A stretch of DNA of 64,000 bases from Candidatus Thorarchaeota archaeon (lineage in GTDB: Archaea; Asgardarchaeota; Thorarchaeia; Thorarchaeales; Thorarchaeaceae). The stretch spans positions 128,001-192,000 of the forward strand of contig JBHLRZ010000003.1 of NCBI GenBank assembly GCA_048882045.1, in the 5' to 3' direction. A program made the position numbers and the translations under genes. Of this stretch, positions 1 through 9,491 are shown in pieces. Positions within the stretch are counted from its first letter, which is position 1. Every line of letters begins with the position of its first letter. The notes under the pieces are model-generated. The model was given only the letters and a program-made list of their open reading frames with translations, did no database searches and had not been told where the DNA came from.

Positions 1-275
1 ACTTCTGGCCATTCCTTCTTGTATTGAGATATGAGAGCCAAGATTTCAGCAGTTTCCTTCACACAGCTTGGACTACCTGGAGACATATCAAACGGAATTC
101 CGCCATCCTTGTTCAGAATAGTCTTCACTTCGTTCATCAAGTCTTCAACAAGTCCAGTCGGCACCTCATATCCTGCGGATACCAGCCGAAGTTTGTCAGC
201 AACGTTTCCTCTTGATAGCAAGTAGTTTTGATAGTCATAATGAAGCTTCGTTCCCATCTTTTTCAGGTCCTCCAT
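1..275 (-). CDS. Partial CDS running off the left edge; possible prenyltransferase/squalene-cyclase repeat protein
   Basis: Not in the ORF track. Manual translation from ATG at 275 gives MEDLKKMGTKLHYDYQNYLLSRGNVADKLRLVSAGYEVP...ILNKDGGIPFDMSPGSPSCVKETAEIL with no stop. The NKDGG segment resembles the QNxDGGW repeat. Confidence 0.6.
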   Translation of the reverse strand, partial: MEDLKKMGTKLHYDYQNYLLSRGNVADKLRLVSAGYEVPTGLVEDLMNEVKTILNKDGGIPFDMSPGSPSCVKETAEILALISQYKKEWPE

Positions 276-280
276 AATGT

Positions 281-315
281 GTTTTGTAAACCCAAGAGAA
301 TAGAGTTTACAAAAC
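281..315. promoter_or_regulatory. Perfect 11-bp inverted repeat (operator or hairpin) immediately upstream of the first gene
   Basis: GTTTTGTAAAC (281-291), 13-nt spacer, GTTTACAAAAC (305-315); ends 5 nt from the minus-strand ATG at 275. Confidence 0.5.
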
Positions 316-323
316 GAGTAAGT

Positions 324-376
324 ATATCAGACGGCCCAGCGTGATAGGTATGATACCTATCGTAGCCAGCTGATAT
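324..376. terminator. Long imperfect hairpin downstream of the TFS-like gene
   Basis: Core GATAGGTA-TGA-TACCTATC (343-361) enclosed by ATATCAG (324-330) and CTGATAT (370-376). Confidence 0.45.
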
Positions 377-399
377 TAAGATTGTCAAGAGGTCCTCTT

Positions 400-666
400 T
401 CAATCCTCACTTTCGAAGTATTCCAAGATCTCTTTACGTCGTTCACGACGTTCGTCCTCTGACATTTCTTCAGCACGTCTGGTTTCTTCTTCGACAACAA
501 CAATCTTCTCACGTGGAGTGTGTTTTATTCTATGCTCAACCTTATACTCAGGAGCAGTACGGACTTTCTTCTCGTGCCCGCACTCTCTACACACGAGCAT
601 TACTGTCTTTTTGCCCTCTTGCTTCTTGGGAAGCATTAGCGCACCGCATTTTTCACAGAATTCCAT
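400..666 (-). CDS. TFS/RpoM (RPB9-like) N-terminal zinc-ribbon protein lacking the C-terminal catalytic ribbon
   Basis: MEFCEKCGALMLPKK...LVCRECGHE matches the N-terminal Zn ribbon of archaeal TFS, followed by a KIVVVEE linker and a charged helix. Likely start is ATG 666 (or 681), not 849. Confidence 0.8.
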   Translation of the reverse strand: MEFCEKCGALMLPKKQEGKKTVMLVCRECGHEKKVRTAPEYKVEHRIKHTPREKIVVVEEETRRAEEMSEDERRERRKEILEYFESED

Positions 667-826
667 TAGGTTTCTCCCCATCGTATTAGGTTCGCGATTT
701 CCTATCCGGTTTTTATTTAAGTGTGACGTTTGGGAAAAAAACGCGTTTACAAAGAAAGACTTATGACAAAGATGCTGGGTGCCCGCGTCATCAGAGTACT
801 CAAACCCGTGATAGGAACGTGAGAAC

Positions 827-2158
827 ATGGTACGTGTCAAGCCTTTCAAAGCCTATAGATACGACGAGGAGAAGGCAGGAAGCATTTCTCGATTGGTCGC
901 ACCTCCCTATGATATTATCAAAGGTGAAAAGATAGACCAATTGCAGTCTCTCTCGGAATACAACATTGCATGGGTCATCAAGAACAAACGAGAAGAGGGA
1001 GATTCTGAGTTCAACAATCAGTATACCCGGGCAGCAGATCATTTCAACAAGTGGGTGAGAGATGGAATCCTAAAGCAAGATGAGAATGAATCGTTCTATG
1101 TCTATGGACAGGACTTTGAGGTCGATGGCAAGCAACTCTTTCGATTCGGATTTATTGGTCTGATTGAACTGGAGGACTTTGTTTCTAGCGTACCAGATTC
1201 TAGGGAGTTTTCAGGTGTCCTCCAACATGAGGAAACCCTGCCAAAAGACATCGTTGATAGATTGAGCTTATGTCGAAGCTCTATGGCAAACTTCGGTCAA
1301 ATCTTCGTGATATATCCTGACAAAGAAGGAAGTGTCGATGCAGTTCTTGAGAAGAACATGAAGAAAGCTCCAGTTGCAGACATGATTGACGACACAGGAG
1401 TAAGGCATCGAATTTGGGCAGTTGATGAGAATTCTGATGTCCAAACAATCATAACAAACATGGCTGACAAGTATATCATAATCGCTGATGGTCACCATAG
1501 ATACAAGACAGCTCTTGCACTTTCCAATGAGAATCCTACTCTAGAATCTGCAAAATACCGAATGCTTACCTTTGTGAATATCTCGAATCCTGGACTTGTT
1601 GTGCTTCCAACTCATAGAGTCGTACAGAACTTGGGGAAGATCTCACGAGAGAAGCTACTTGAAGATATCACGGAGTACTTCGATCTTGAAGCCTTCGACA
1701 ACAAAGATGATATGTTCAGCCTAATGGACAATATGTTCAAACAGAAAAAACACTCATTCGGTCTGTTCATGAATGATGGCAAGTTCTATGCTTTCACACT
1801 CAAGGACACAGAGATAATGAATTCCCTTCTGGCAGACAAGTCTCCAGAGTTGAGAAGTCTTGATGTAGCAATTCTCCACACTCTAGTCCTTGACAAGATG
1901 CTTGGCATCGACAAGGAAAAGCTGCTCCAAGGTACAATGGGTGGTGGAGGCTTTGTATCCTATATCAAAGGGATCGGAGATGCAGTGGATGAATCAATTA
2001 AGGCTGTAGAGGGAGAATCCCAAGCCGTATTCTTTATGAATCCTACAAGAGTGGAAGAGGTTGAGGCTGTATCAAACAAATTCGAAACCATGCCTCAGAA
2101 GAGTACATTCTTCCATCCGAAAATCTGGACAGGATTCACAATCAACAAACTAAGGTGA
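827..2158 (+). CDS. DUF1015 family protein (ParB/Srx-like fold)
   Basis: VKPFKAYRY, APPYDII, HEETLP, IIADGHHRYKTA and MPQKSTFFHPKI motifs; adjacent to serC, as is typical for this family. Confidence 0.9.
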   Translation: MVRVKPFKAYRYDEEKAGSISRLVAPPYDIIKGEKIDQLQSLSEYNIAWVIKNKREEGDSEFNNQYTRAADHFNKWVRDGILKQDENESFYVYGQDFEVDGKQLFRFGFIGLIELEDFVSSVPDSREFSGVLQHEETLPKDIVDRLSLCRSSMANFGQIFVIYPDKEGSVDAVLEKNMKKAPVADMIDDTGVRHRIWAVDENSDVQTIITNMADKYIIIADGHHRYKTALALSNENPTLESAKYRMLTFVNISNPGLVVLPTHRVVQNLGKISREKLLEDITEYFDLEAFDNKDDMFSLMDNMFKQKKHSFGLFMNDGKFYAFTLKDTEIMNSLLADKSPELRSLDVAILHTLVLDKMLGIDKEKLLQGTMGGGGFVSYIKGIGDAVDESIKAVEGESQAVFFMNPTRVEEVEAVSNKFETMPQKSTFFHPKIWTGFTINKLR

Positions 2159-2163
2159 TTGAA

Positions 2164-3249
2164 ATGACTAAGCGAGTATACAATTTCTATGCTGGACCTG
2201 CTACATTGCCTTTGCCAGCACTGGAAAAAGCGCGAGACGAGTTTCTTGATTTTGCAGGCACAGGAATGTCAGTGCTGGAGATCTCACATCGCTCTAAAGA
2301 ATGGCAAAAAGCAATGGACGATGCTGAAGCCCTATTAAGAGAAATGATGGTTGTTCCTGAGGATTACAAAGTCCTATGGTTAAGTGGAGGAGCTTCTTCA
2401 CAATTTTATATGGTACCTGTCAACCTCCATATTCCCGGAAAGCCAATGGAATATGTGAATACAGGTGGTTGGTCAACAAAGGCAATCAAAGAGGTCAAGC
2501 TATTCGGAGAAACCAAGGTCATCGCTTCCTCCGAGGATGAGAATTTCTCATACATCCCACAAAATGTTGAGTTCAACGAGGGCTCAGCTTATGCTCACAT
2601 CACAGGGAACAACACACTTTATGGAACAGAATGGCACTACTGGCCTAAGGTCCCTAGTGATGTACCTTTAGTCTGCGACATGTCTTCGAATCTGATGGAT
2701 CGAGTAATGGATGTCAAAGACTTTGGGGTGATTTACGCAGGGGCGCAAAAGAACTTGGGACCAGCTGGAGTGACGTTGGTTGTAGTTAGAGAAGATTTGA
2801 TGGACCGAGTACAAGAGAACGTTCCAACAATGCAGAAGTGGAAGACACACTCAGAGAAGGGCTCCATGTTCAATACTCCACCAGTATTTGCGATCTATAT
2901 TTGCAAGCTGGCACTCGAGCACTTGAAATCAATTGGGGGAGTAAGAGCAATTGAGAAGACGAATCGAGAGAAGGCAAAAATCCTCTATTATGCTATTGAT
3001 TCATCCAGTGGTTTCTTCAAGGGACATGCTCGAAAAGATTCGAGATCACTCATGAATGTGACATTCACCCTGGCTACTCCTGAGCTAGAACAGAAGTGCG
3101 TTGATGGAGGTACTGAGAGAGGACTGGTTGGTCTCAAGGGACACCGTTCCGTTGGAGGAATGAGAGCGTCACTCTATAATGCAATGCCTCTTGAAGGTGT
3201 AAAGAAACTTGCAGAATATCTGAAGGAGTTTCAGGAAGAAAATCAATAG
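2164..3249 (+). CDS. serC: Phosphoserine aminotransferase
   Basis: YNFYAGPA, SVLEISHRS, GGASSQF, DMSS, YAGAQKNLGPAG (PLP lysine), NTPP, GHRSVGGMRASLYNA; AGGTGA RBS before ATG 2164. Confidence 0.96.
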   Translation: MTKRVYNFYAGPATLPLPALEKARDEFLDFAGTGMSVLEISHRSKEWQKAMDDAEALLREMMVVPEDYKVLWLSGGASSQFYMVPVNLHIPGKPMEYVNTGGWSTKAIKEVKLFGETKVIASSEDENFSYIPQNVEFNEGSAYAHITGNNTLYGTEWHYWPKVPSDVPLVCDMSSNLMDRVMDVKDFGVIYAGAQKNLGPAGVTLVVVREDLMDRVQENVPTMQKWKTHSEKGSMFNTPPVFAIYICKLALEHLKSIGGVRAIEKTNREKAKILYYAIDSSSGFFKGHARKDSRSLMNVTFTLATPELEQKCVDGGTERGLVGLKGHRSVGGMRASLYNAMPLEGVKKLAEYLKEFQEENQ

Positions 3250-3255
3250 TATGGA

Positions 3256-3280
3256 GTGAGTGGGGATACACCCCTCTCAC
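3256..3280. terminator. Hairpin between convergent genes
   Basis: GTGAG-T-GGGG ATACA CCCC-T-CTCAC between stops at 3249 and 3282. Confidence 0.5.
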
Positions 3281-3281
3281 A

Positions 3282-3620
3282 TCATTTCTTCTTCTGTTTC
3301 TTTGTGAACTTAGTAACAGCTTCGTCGAGTACCTTGTTCATCTCAGGGAGTACTGTTTCGTCGATGAGTCCTTTGTAGGTCCGTCGCATCTGTACTCCAC
3401 TCACATTCACGTCAACGTTTCTCATACCTCGACCCTTGAAGAATATCCTTAGTGCACTGGCGATGGGCATAAGGACGCCACCAGGTAATCTACTCGATAA
3501 GTACTCTTGACAACAATTGCAGTCGATAACAACTATGGTGTTCTCAGTGTCAACTAGAACTTCAATAGGCATGTGTTTCTTTACACCCAGTTTGAGAGTG
3601 AACTCACCAAGTTGCTTCAT
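3282..3620 (-). CDS. Hypothetical protein (112 aa, CNCC motif, basic C-terminus)
   Basis: Clean ATG ORF filling the gap; no family recognised. Confidence 0.75.
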   Translation of the reverse strand: MKQLGEFTLKLGVKKHMPIEVLVDTENTIVVIDCNCCQEYLSSRLPGGVLMPIASALRIFFKGRGMRNVDVNVSGVQMRRTYKGLIDETVLPEMNKVLDEAVTKFTKKQKKK

Positions 3621-3712
3621 GGTTTCGACCTTTTGACGTATTTCGCAACAACCTCAGCTCATATAAGACCTGCTCACCTTGCAAATCTGCTCAACGTACG
3701 TAAGAACAGAAT

Positions 3713-6316
3713 TCATTTCGACCTCCTACGCGCACACACAAAATAGAGTACAATTAGTGCAAATACGAAACTGAGTAACAAGGCAATCCTAAGGTAATCA
3801 GGGCTCTCCGGTGTAGTTGGTGTGGGCGATGTGGTGTTTGTTGTTCCAGTAGGCGTAGTTGTTGTAGTGCCTGTCGTGGTGGTTGTCGTTGATGATGATA
3901 CAGTGTAACTGTATGTTCCAGTCACTGCCCAATTACCTGCGGTGTCATTTGCATAGATTCTGTACGTCACAAGTGTTCCATCAGAAAATGCTGGAATGGT
4001 TCCGTCATAGTAGTCAGCCACATTGATCGACATCGTCACATTGATCCAAATCGTTCCAGCATAGTAGGATAGAATCACCGTGTCTACAGCAACATTGTCT
4101 GTGACTGTGACATTGATTACAACTGATTGTGTGGCATTCGGAGTCATCGGAGTTCTACTATGAGCACCGATCGTAGGGGGGAGCATATCTGCTGCGAGGT
4201 ATGCAACAGCAGCCGCAGCATCCAATTTCCCATGTCCCCATTCAGGGTTTGGAGTAATGCCAGTAAAAGAGTCACTCAAAGCAGTGGTTTCTATTATTGT
4301 CTTAAACTCCGATCCTCTAGTTGAGTTCATCTGAAGCATTAGAGCAGCTGTGCCAGCCACATGAGGTCCTGATGCACTTGTTCCACTGAATAACCGGTAT
4401 GTACCAAACTGCGGCTGAAACGGGAAGACTCCACCACCATTATACCAAGATGCCCAAGATGATCCGTTCGCCCAATCTGAGATGACATCATAGCCACCTG
4501 GCGCAGCCACACTCTGTTTTGCGAAGCCATCAATTCTGGGTCCATTTGATGAGAAGCTCGCTCTATCTCCCGCAGTACCATAGATACTGCGGGTATGATA
4601 ACTGGCGACACTGATTGTGCTATCGGCAGTAGAAGGCCACGTGATATGATACTGATCATTTACGTCACTCGTATAGATAGCACCACCAGTCCATGCAGTC
4701 TGATCATCTGAGATATACCCGTGGAATGTTGCAGAAGCTGGAGCTGTTACATTGAGCGCGTGCCATGGAGGTGCAGCTGTTGTTGGGAGTGTGCCATGTA
4801 TCCAGATTCCCAGCATGCTAGTTCCTCGTGAAGACACATCGATAAAGGATTCAATGATGAAGTTTGACGGAGGCACCGGTGGTTCAGCAAACCAAGCATA
4901 GTAGCCCATTCCTGGATGAAGATAGATAGTGATTGGACTTTGACCGAATGATGTTCGATCCATTATCAGACTGAAATTGACACTGGCAAAGTCAATTGGA
5001 TTCACACTTAGGACTGTGATATATACCTCAGTGATCTCATTGGGGAGATTCGGAATTGAAAAGTCTACAGTGTAAGGAGCATCTGGCAACGGACTGAACA
5101 TTGAGTGTTTATCCTTTCCACCCAGATTCCCACTTGGTGAGATCACAGGTACTCCTGATGCAACAAGTGTATCTATCATCTGTTCGGCCAGTGAACTACC
5201 ATCAAGAAAATGATAAGTCCATGAACCGATTTCAGTCAGTATAACATCGGCTCCGTGATTGGATGCCCATGTGAGACCCTCTTCAATGGAAAGATAGGAG
5301 TTTGCTTCCCCAATAACGCGCAGCATCATCAGATCAGCACTAGGGGCAACACCCACAAGGTCTCTGAAACCTAGCTGTCCGCCCATCATTAAACCAGCAA
5401 CGGCTGTGCCGTGTCCATCAGTATCCATATGAGTACTGGAGGTTAGGTTGACTCCGCGTTCCCAATTCACAAGGACGGAATTATTCTTTTCCACAATGAA
5501 CTTCGTCTTTGGAGTTTCTAATTCGATGAGACTTTCATATCCATCCAGTAAACCATTGCCAGATGTATCGTTCACCACGAAAAACTGCTCTCCAACATCT
5601 GGAATCTGGTTTATGATCTTACTGTCTACCCAGAGCCAGTCAAACCGAACATCAAACACTCCATTCCGATTGATGTCAAGTGCATAGAGTGTTTCATTAG
5701 CCGACAATGCAAAATCACGATTGTAGTCTACCGCATCAGTACCATTGACGAACCCAGTGCTCGTTGAATTGACATAGGGAAATGATTGACCATCTGCAAA
5801 CCATAGATCGGGATGTCTCCAGTCGACACCGGTGTCGAGGTCAGCTATCAGTACACCTTCACCTGTAACGTTGATACCAAGGTCATCAAGCATCAACCAG
5901 ACATCATCCGCGTTTATTTCAGGAATTGAAAGATCTCTGGGAGATTGGATGAACTGAGCATGCGTTTGCGGTGCAATGTCAGTGATTAGTCCTGAATCAG
6001 TTAGATCTTGCAATCCATTGGCTGGACCTTGAAGAAGATAGTATGGTCCAATATGACTATTGTCTGCACTCCCAAAGCTGAATCGTAGATCCAGACTGAG
6101 AATGGTATCCTGAATAGCTGGAGTTACACCTTGGTCAAGACGTACAACAACTGGAATCTGCTCCCCATAGATTTGAGAAAGTGCAGCGAAATCAGGCGGC
6201 ATTGCTTGATTTTGTCTTAACTGCTCATTTGCAGATGGCATCATATAGAGAAGAGCAGGAATACTCGAGAGAACTAAACTGAGCGCTATTAGCGTGCTTA
6301 TAGCTTTCCTTTGCAA
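3713..6316 (-). CDS. Membrane-anchored S8 (subtilisin-like) serine protease
   Basis: Signal peptide; triad motifs ADLDTG, DGHGTAVAG, SGTSASGPHVAG; C-terminal Ig/FN3-like domain, Thr/Pro linker, TM helix and RRRSK stop-transfer. Confidence 0.93.
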   Translation of the reverse strand: MQRKAISTLIALSLVLSSIPALLYMMPSANEQLRQNQAMPPDFAALSQIYGEQIPVVVRLDQGVTPAIQDTILSLDLRFSFGSADNSHIGPYYLLQGPANGLQDLTDSGLITDIAPQTHAQFIQSPRDLSIPEINADDVWLMLDDLGINVTGEGVLIADLDTGVDWRHPDLWFADGQSFPYVNSTSTGFVNGTDAVDYNRDFALSANETLYALDINRNGVFDVRFDWLWVDSKIINQIPDVGEQFFVVNDTSGNGLLDGYESLIELETPKTKFIVEKNNSVLVNWERGVNLTSSTHMDTDGHGTAVAGLMMGGQLGFRDLVGVAPSADLMMLRVIGEANSYLSIEEGLTWASNHGADVILTEIGSWTYHFLDGSSLAEQMIDTLVASGVPVISPSGNLGGKDKHSMFSPLPDAPYTVDFSIPNLPNEITEVYITVLSVNPIDFASVNFSLIMDRTSFGQSPITIYLHPGMGYYAWFAEPPVPPSNFIIESFIDVSSRGTSMLGIWIHGTLPTTAAPPWHALNVTAPASATFHGYISDDQTAWTGGAIYTSDVNDQYHITWPSTADSTISVASYHTRSIYGTAGDRASFSSNGPRIDGFAKQSVAAPGGYDVISDWANGSSWASWYNGGGVFPFQPQFGTYRLFSGTSASGPHVAGTAALMLQMNSTRGSEFKTIIETTALSDSFTGITPNPEWGHGKLDAAAAVAYLAADMLPPTIGAHSRTPMTPNATQSVVINVTVTDNVAVDTVILSYYAGTIWINVTMSINVADYYDGTIPAFSDGTLVTYRIYANDTAGNWAVTGTYSYTVSSSTTTTTTGTTTTTPTGTTNTTSPTPTTPESPDYLRIALLLSFVFALIVLYFVCARRRSK
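3805..3900 (-). repeat. Thr/Ser/Pro low-complexity linker of the protease
   Basis: SSSTTTTTTGTTTTTPTGTTNTTSPTPTTP immediately before the TM anchor. Confidence 0.75.
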
Positions 6317-6426
6317 TGTGAATCCTCCTTGGTGATTGGATTCAACCCTACGAAACCAATCTCCCTGTTAGACCATATTATACGAGTTTTCACCTATTAA
6401 TTTTCGTAGAGGTGAGGAATAGAGTT

Positions 6427-7854
6427 TTACACGATGTTTTCCTCATCATCTGAATCAGCAAGAGTACTGACAGAATCTTTCTTGAAACGAGCTTTTCCAG
6501 TTTCGAGGACATTGGTCGGACTGAAGAATCCGGGTTCTTCGTCATCTCTACTTACCTTCTGGCCTTCGTATAATGATGTACCAGCGCTGACAAGATATGA
6601 TACTGTGACACAGATCACAAGAGGAATGATGAGAGTGAATGAAAGACTCATCTCAAGCATCATGATAGTGGTCGCAACTGGTGTGTTCGTGGTTGCTGCA
6701 AGCACTGCACCCATTCCTAAAACAATGAAAGCTGGAACATTCTGAGGAAAGAAGATTTCACCAAAGAACGAGCCAAGCATAGCGCCTACAAAGAGTGAGG
6801 AGGCTAGGACACCTCCAGAAACCCGGCCTGCAACAACAAAAGATGATGCGAACAGTTTTCCGAATAGAAGAATGATTATGATTAGTAGAGGTTGTGGGTT
6901 CGATGCAAGTGCGTTAATGACCTCATAACCCATTCCAGCTATTGTAAGTGAGGGATCTAAAACCAATCCCACTAGGAATATCACAACACATGCCAAGGAG
7001 GATCCTATAATAGGGTCTACCCAATCAGGAAACTTGAGAGTAAAGAAGTTACGAGTAGCCATCAGACTAACTGCAAACAGGATAGAAATCAGACCAGTGA
7101 CGATACCGAAGAAAATGAGGAGTGGAATTTCCATGAGCGTGATTTGGAGCTCCGCAGGAAAGAGGAAGAGGGGAGTAATACCATTGCCGGTGAGTAATAG
7201 AAAGGAACTGCTGAATACAATGAATGAAGTCAAGGCTGCAATTGCAGTAGGCACAAAGTATCCTAATCTTGCATCTCTTCTGTAGGGAGCCTCAGTAGCA
7301 AACAGAGCACCTCCTAATGGTGCCATATAGATTCCTGCAGTGGCAGCTGCAGACCCCATCATTAAAAATACTCGCAGGTCGGAATCGTTATCAAATCCAA
7401 GCCATCGTGCTATAGTGTTCCCAACACCTGCACCAATCAGTACTGCTGGACCTTCTCTGCCAACAGGGTTACCTGTACCAATCGATACAGAAGTTGCAAC
7501 AAGTTTAGTGAACTTGGTCCCAGTTCGAAGCTTGCTGGGCTGGTGAGTCAATTCAATGGCTGTTGAGATTCCGCTTCCCTGAATCTCAGTCCTACCAAGT
7601 TTGATGAGAATTCCAGAGAAGAGACCACCGATGATGGGGGCGATAAAGAGTGGGAATCCAGAGAAAGCGAAGGTGGTCACATCAATCATCACTTGGAGTG
7701 CGACCATGAAAAGACCACTTATCGCTCCTATCAAAATGGATGCAGGGATGTATAATCGATAGAAACGGGAAAAGTGAGTGATGTGAAATAGGTCCTTGAG
7801 GGGCTGGACGTTGGCAGCCTTTTTCCTGCTTTCATCATTGGACAATGTTCTCAC
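6427..7854 (-). CDS. ClC family chloride channel / Cl-/H+ antiporter
   Basis: GSGIS (canonical GSGIP), GREGP, APLGGALFATE and SGGV motifs; many TM helices; no CBS domains. Confidence 0.92.
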   Translation of the reverse strand: MRTLSNDESRKKAANVQPLKDLFHITHFSRFYRLYIPASILIGAISGLFMVALQVMIDVTTFAFSGFPLFIAPIIGGLFSGILIKLGRTEIQGSGISTAIELTHQPSKLRTGTKFTKLVATSVSIGTGNPVGREGPAVLIGAGVGNTIARWLGFDNDSDLRVFLMMGSAAATAGIYMAPLGGALFATEAPYRRDARLGYFVPTAIAALTSFIVFSSSFLLLTGNGITPLFLFPAELQITLMEIPLLIFFGIVTGLISILFAVSLMATRNFFTLKFPDWVDPIIGSSLACVVIFLVGLVLDPSLTIAGMGYEVINALASNPQPLLIIIILLFGKLFASSFVVAGRVSGGVLASSLFVGAMLGSFFGEIFFPQNVPAFIVLGMGAVLAATTNTPVATTIMMLEMSLSFTLIIPLVICVTVSYLVSAGTSLYEGQKVSRDDEEPGFFSPTNVLETGKARFKKDSVSTLADSDDEENIV

Positions 7855-7934
7855 TCATTCAAATCATATTGTCTATACGCAGAGTCCATCAAACTTATCT
7901 CTTTGTGCTATGTGTCTCTCTCGGCGACACTTTC

Positions 7935-8405
7935 TTGACTGGTAAAAAGGACTCTAAAAACAGCAAAGAGCCAGAGATGACAATAGAGGAAGTGCAAGAC
8001 AGGCTTGATGAAATATCAGAAAGATTAGCCAGACTAGAATCACTAATTGAACGTGTGGGACCCGGAATAGAAGAAGTCCGGTCATCAGCCAAGGTGATTA
8101 GGGAGGGGTTTGAGTTCTATGATGGACTGGTCCGCCTCATGGGGAAATTCACAAAAGCAGAACGACTTGAATCACGGTTTGGAGATTTGAAGAAAGACGA
8201 CATAAGTTGGCGGATAATCCAGATTTTAGACAACTCTCGTCCCCTCAATATCAGTCAGATTACTGCAGCTGTCAGAGCAGAGCGTGGTACTGCATCCAGA
8301 AGGATTGTGAGAGAACGTGTAAACAATCTTGTGGAGAGAGGGATCCTCCAAATAATTGAGGATGAGGATGACCGGGCGAGGTATTTTGCATTGATAAAGG
8401 AGTAG
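7935..8405 (+). CDS. Coiled-coil plus winged-helix transcriptional regulator
   Basis: N-terminal heptads (VQDRLDEISERLARLESL), then IIQILDNSRPLNISQITAAVR...SRRIVRERVNNLVERGIL wHTH. TTG 7935 is a likelier start than 7845, which overlaps the ClC gene. Confidence 0.8.
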   Translation: MTGKKDSKNSKEPEMTIEEVQDRLDEISERLARLESLIERVGPGIEEVRSSAKVIREGFEFYDGLVRLMGKFTKAERLESRFGDLKKDDISWRIIQILDNSRPLNISQITAAVRAERGTASRRIVRERVNNLVERGILQIIEDEDDRARYFALIKE

Positions 8406-8414
8406 TGTATAGAA

Positions 8415-8735
8415 GTGCTCTACGAAAGGGTTACAGATTCTCCATCATTTGTACCAGAGGATTACGCATCTGCATATGGACAACATATAATCGAAAACAC
8501 CAAGAATGACTGGACCTGGAGAGAGTACTACGGAACAGGTGTTTTGATTGAGAATCATCCTCTAAAGGACCATATCAACTTCAGGGGATGTGGGGAATGC
8601 AAGAGTGACAATGTCAAGGTCATCTATGGCATGTGGTGTGTCAGTACAGCCAGTGGGGATGCTTACTGGGACTCTGAGATAGTCTGTGAAGATTGTGGAA
8701 AATTTACTGCTCGATCTTTCAATGAAAACGATTGA
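8415..8735 (+). CDS. Hypothetical zinc-ribbon protein
   Basis: CGEC...CEDCG pair in a 106-aa ORF starting 10 nt after the previous stop. Confidence 0.7.
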   Translation: MLYERVTDSPSFVPEDYASAYGQHIIENTKNDWTWREYYGTGVLIENHPLKDHINFRGCGECKSDNVKVIYGMWCVSTASGDAYWDSEIVCEDCGKFTARSFNEND

Positions 8736-8793
8736 GGTTGTACTGGTCACTTTTAACCAGTTTTCCTATATTCAGTGACCACTACTACTATGC

Positions 8794-9198
8794 ATGGTGA
8801 ACAATCAATTGAGTAACGATTATTCAGATGAACCAAGGAAGAAGAGAAAATCTAGCTCTGACGATGCAGAAGAACTGAGGGCTGTAGCTGAAGCACTGCC
8901 AGAGCTGTTCAAAGCAATCAACACATCAGTGCCAGAACTGATTACAAATCTGATTGGAAGCATATATAGTCCTGAGGCAGCTGGAAATTTGGCAGCCGGG
9001 ATAGGTAAGTTCTACAGTGGGCTAATTGCTGAGGGAATCCCGGAAGATGTTGCGCTAGATATGACAAAGAAATTCGTTGGAGCTCTCGACTTTAGTAAGA
9101 TCATGTCGATGGTAAGTGATGAAGCATCAGTTGGAAGAAAGAAACGGCGACACTCCGACTCCAAAGATGAGTACTTTGATGATGAGGGGTATGAGTAG
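8794..9198 (+). CDS. Hypothetical helical protein
   Basis: 134-aa ORF with FYSGLIAEGIPEDVALDM motif shared with the next gene. Confidence 0.8.
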   Translation: MVNNQLSNDYSDEPRKKRKSSSDDAEELRAVAEALPELFKAINTSVPELITNLIGSIYSPEAAGNLAAGIGKFYSGLIAEGIPEDVALDMTKKFVGALDFSKIMSMVSDEASVGRKKRRHSDSKDEYFDDEGYE

Positions 9199-9200
9199 AA

Positions 9201-9491
9201 TTGGGAACAGCCAGATCTATTGCATCCATCACTGGAACAGCAATAGGCGGTGGGTCTAAACTCCTCTTCAAAGTGTGGTGGGCTCTCCGAAAAGGGCGGG
9301 CACAGGTCAAGAAAGGTGCTAAGACCTTCTATAACACACTAGTCAGGGCAGGAATTCCAAAAGAAGATGCGAAGCAAATAGCACTTGCCTATGCTGCACC
9401 TGCGTGGGAGGTTCTGAGCATTCGAGGTGTCTTTCGAATGTTAAGAGATGTTGATGGAGTAGAAATCCCCAGCATGCCATTTGGATGGTGA
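9201..9491 (+). CDS. Hypothetical protein, distant paralog of the upstream gene
   Basis: FYNTLVRAGIPKEDAKQI motif; starts 2 nt after the previous stop. Confidence 0.75.
   Translation: MGTARSIASITGTAIGGGSKLLFKVWWALRKGRAQVKKGAKTFYNTLVRAGIPKEDAKQIALAYAAPAWEVLSIRGVFRMLRDVDGVEIPSMPFGW

Noticed and set aside
667-849. N-terminal extension of the TFS-like ORF to 849
   Set aside because: Overlaps the divergent DUF1015 start and promoter region; family similarity begins at MEFC.
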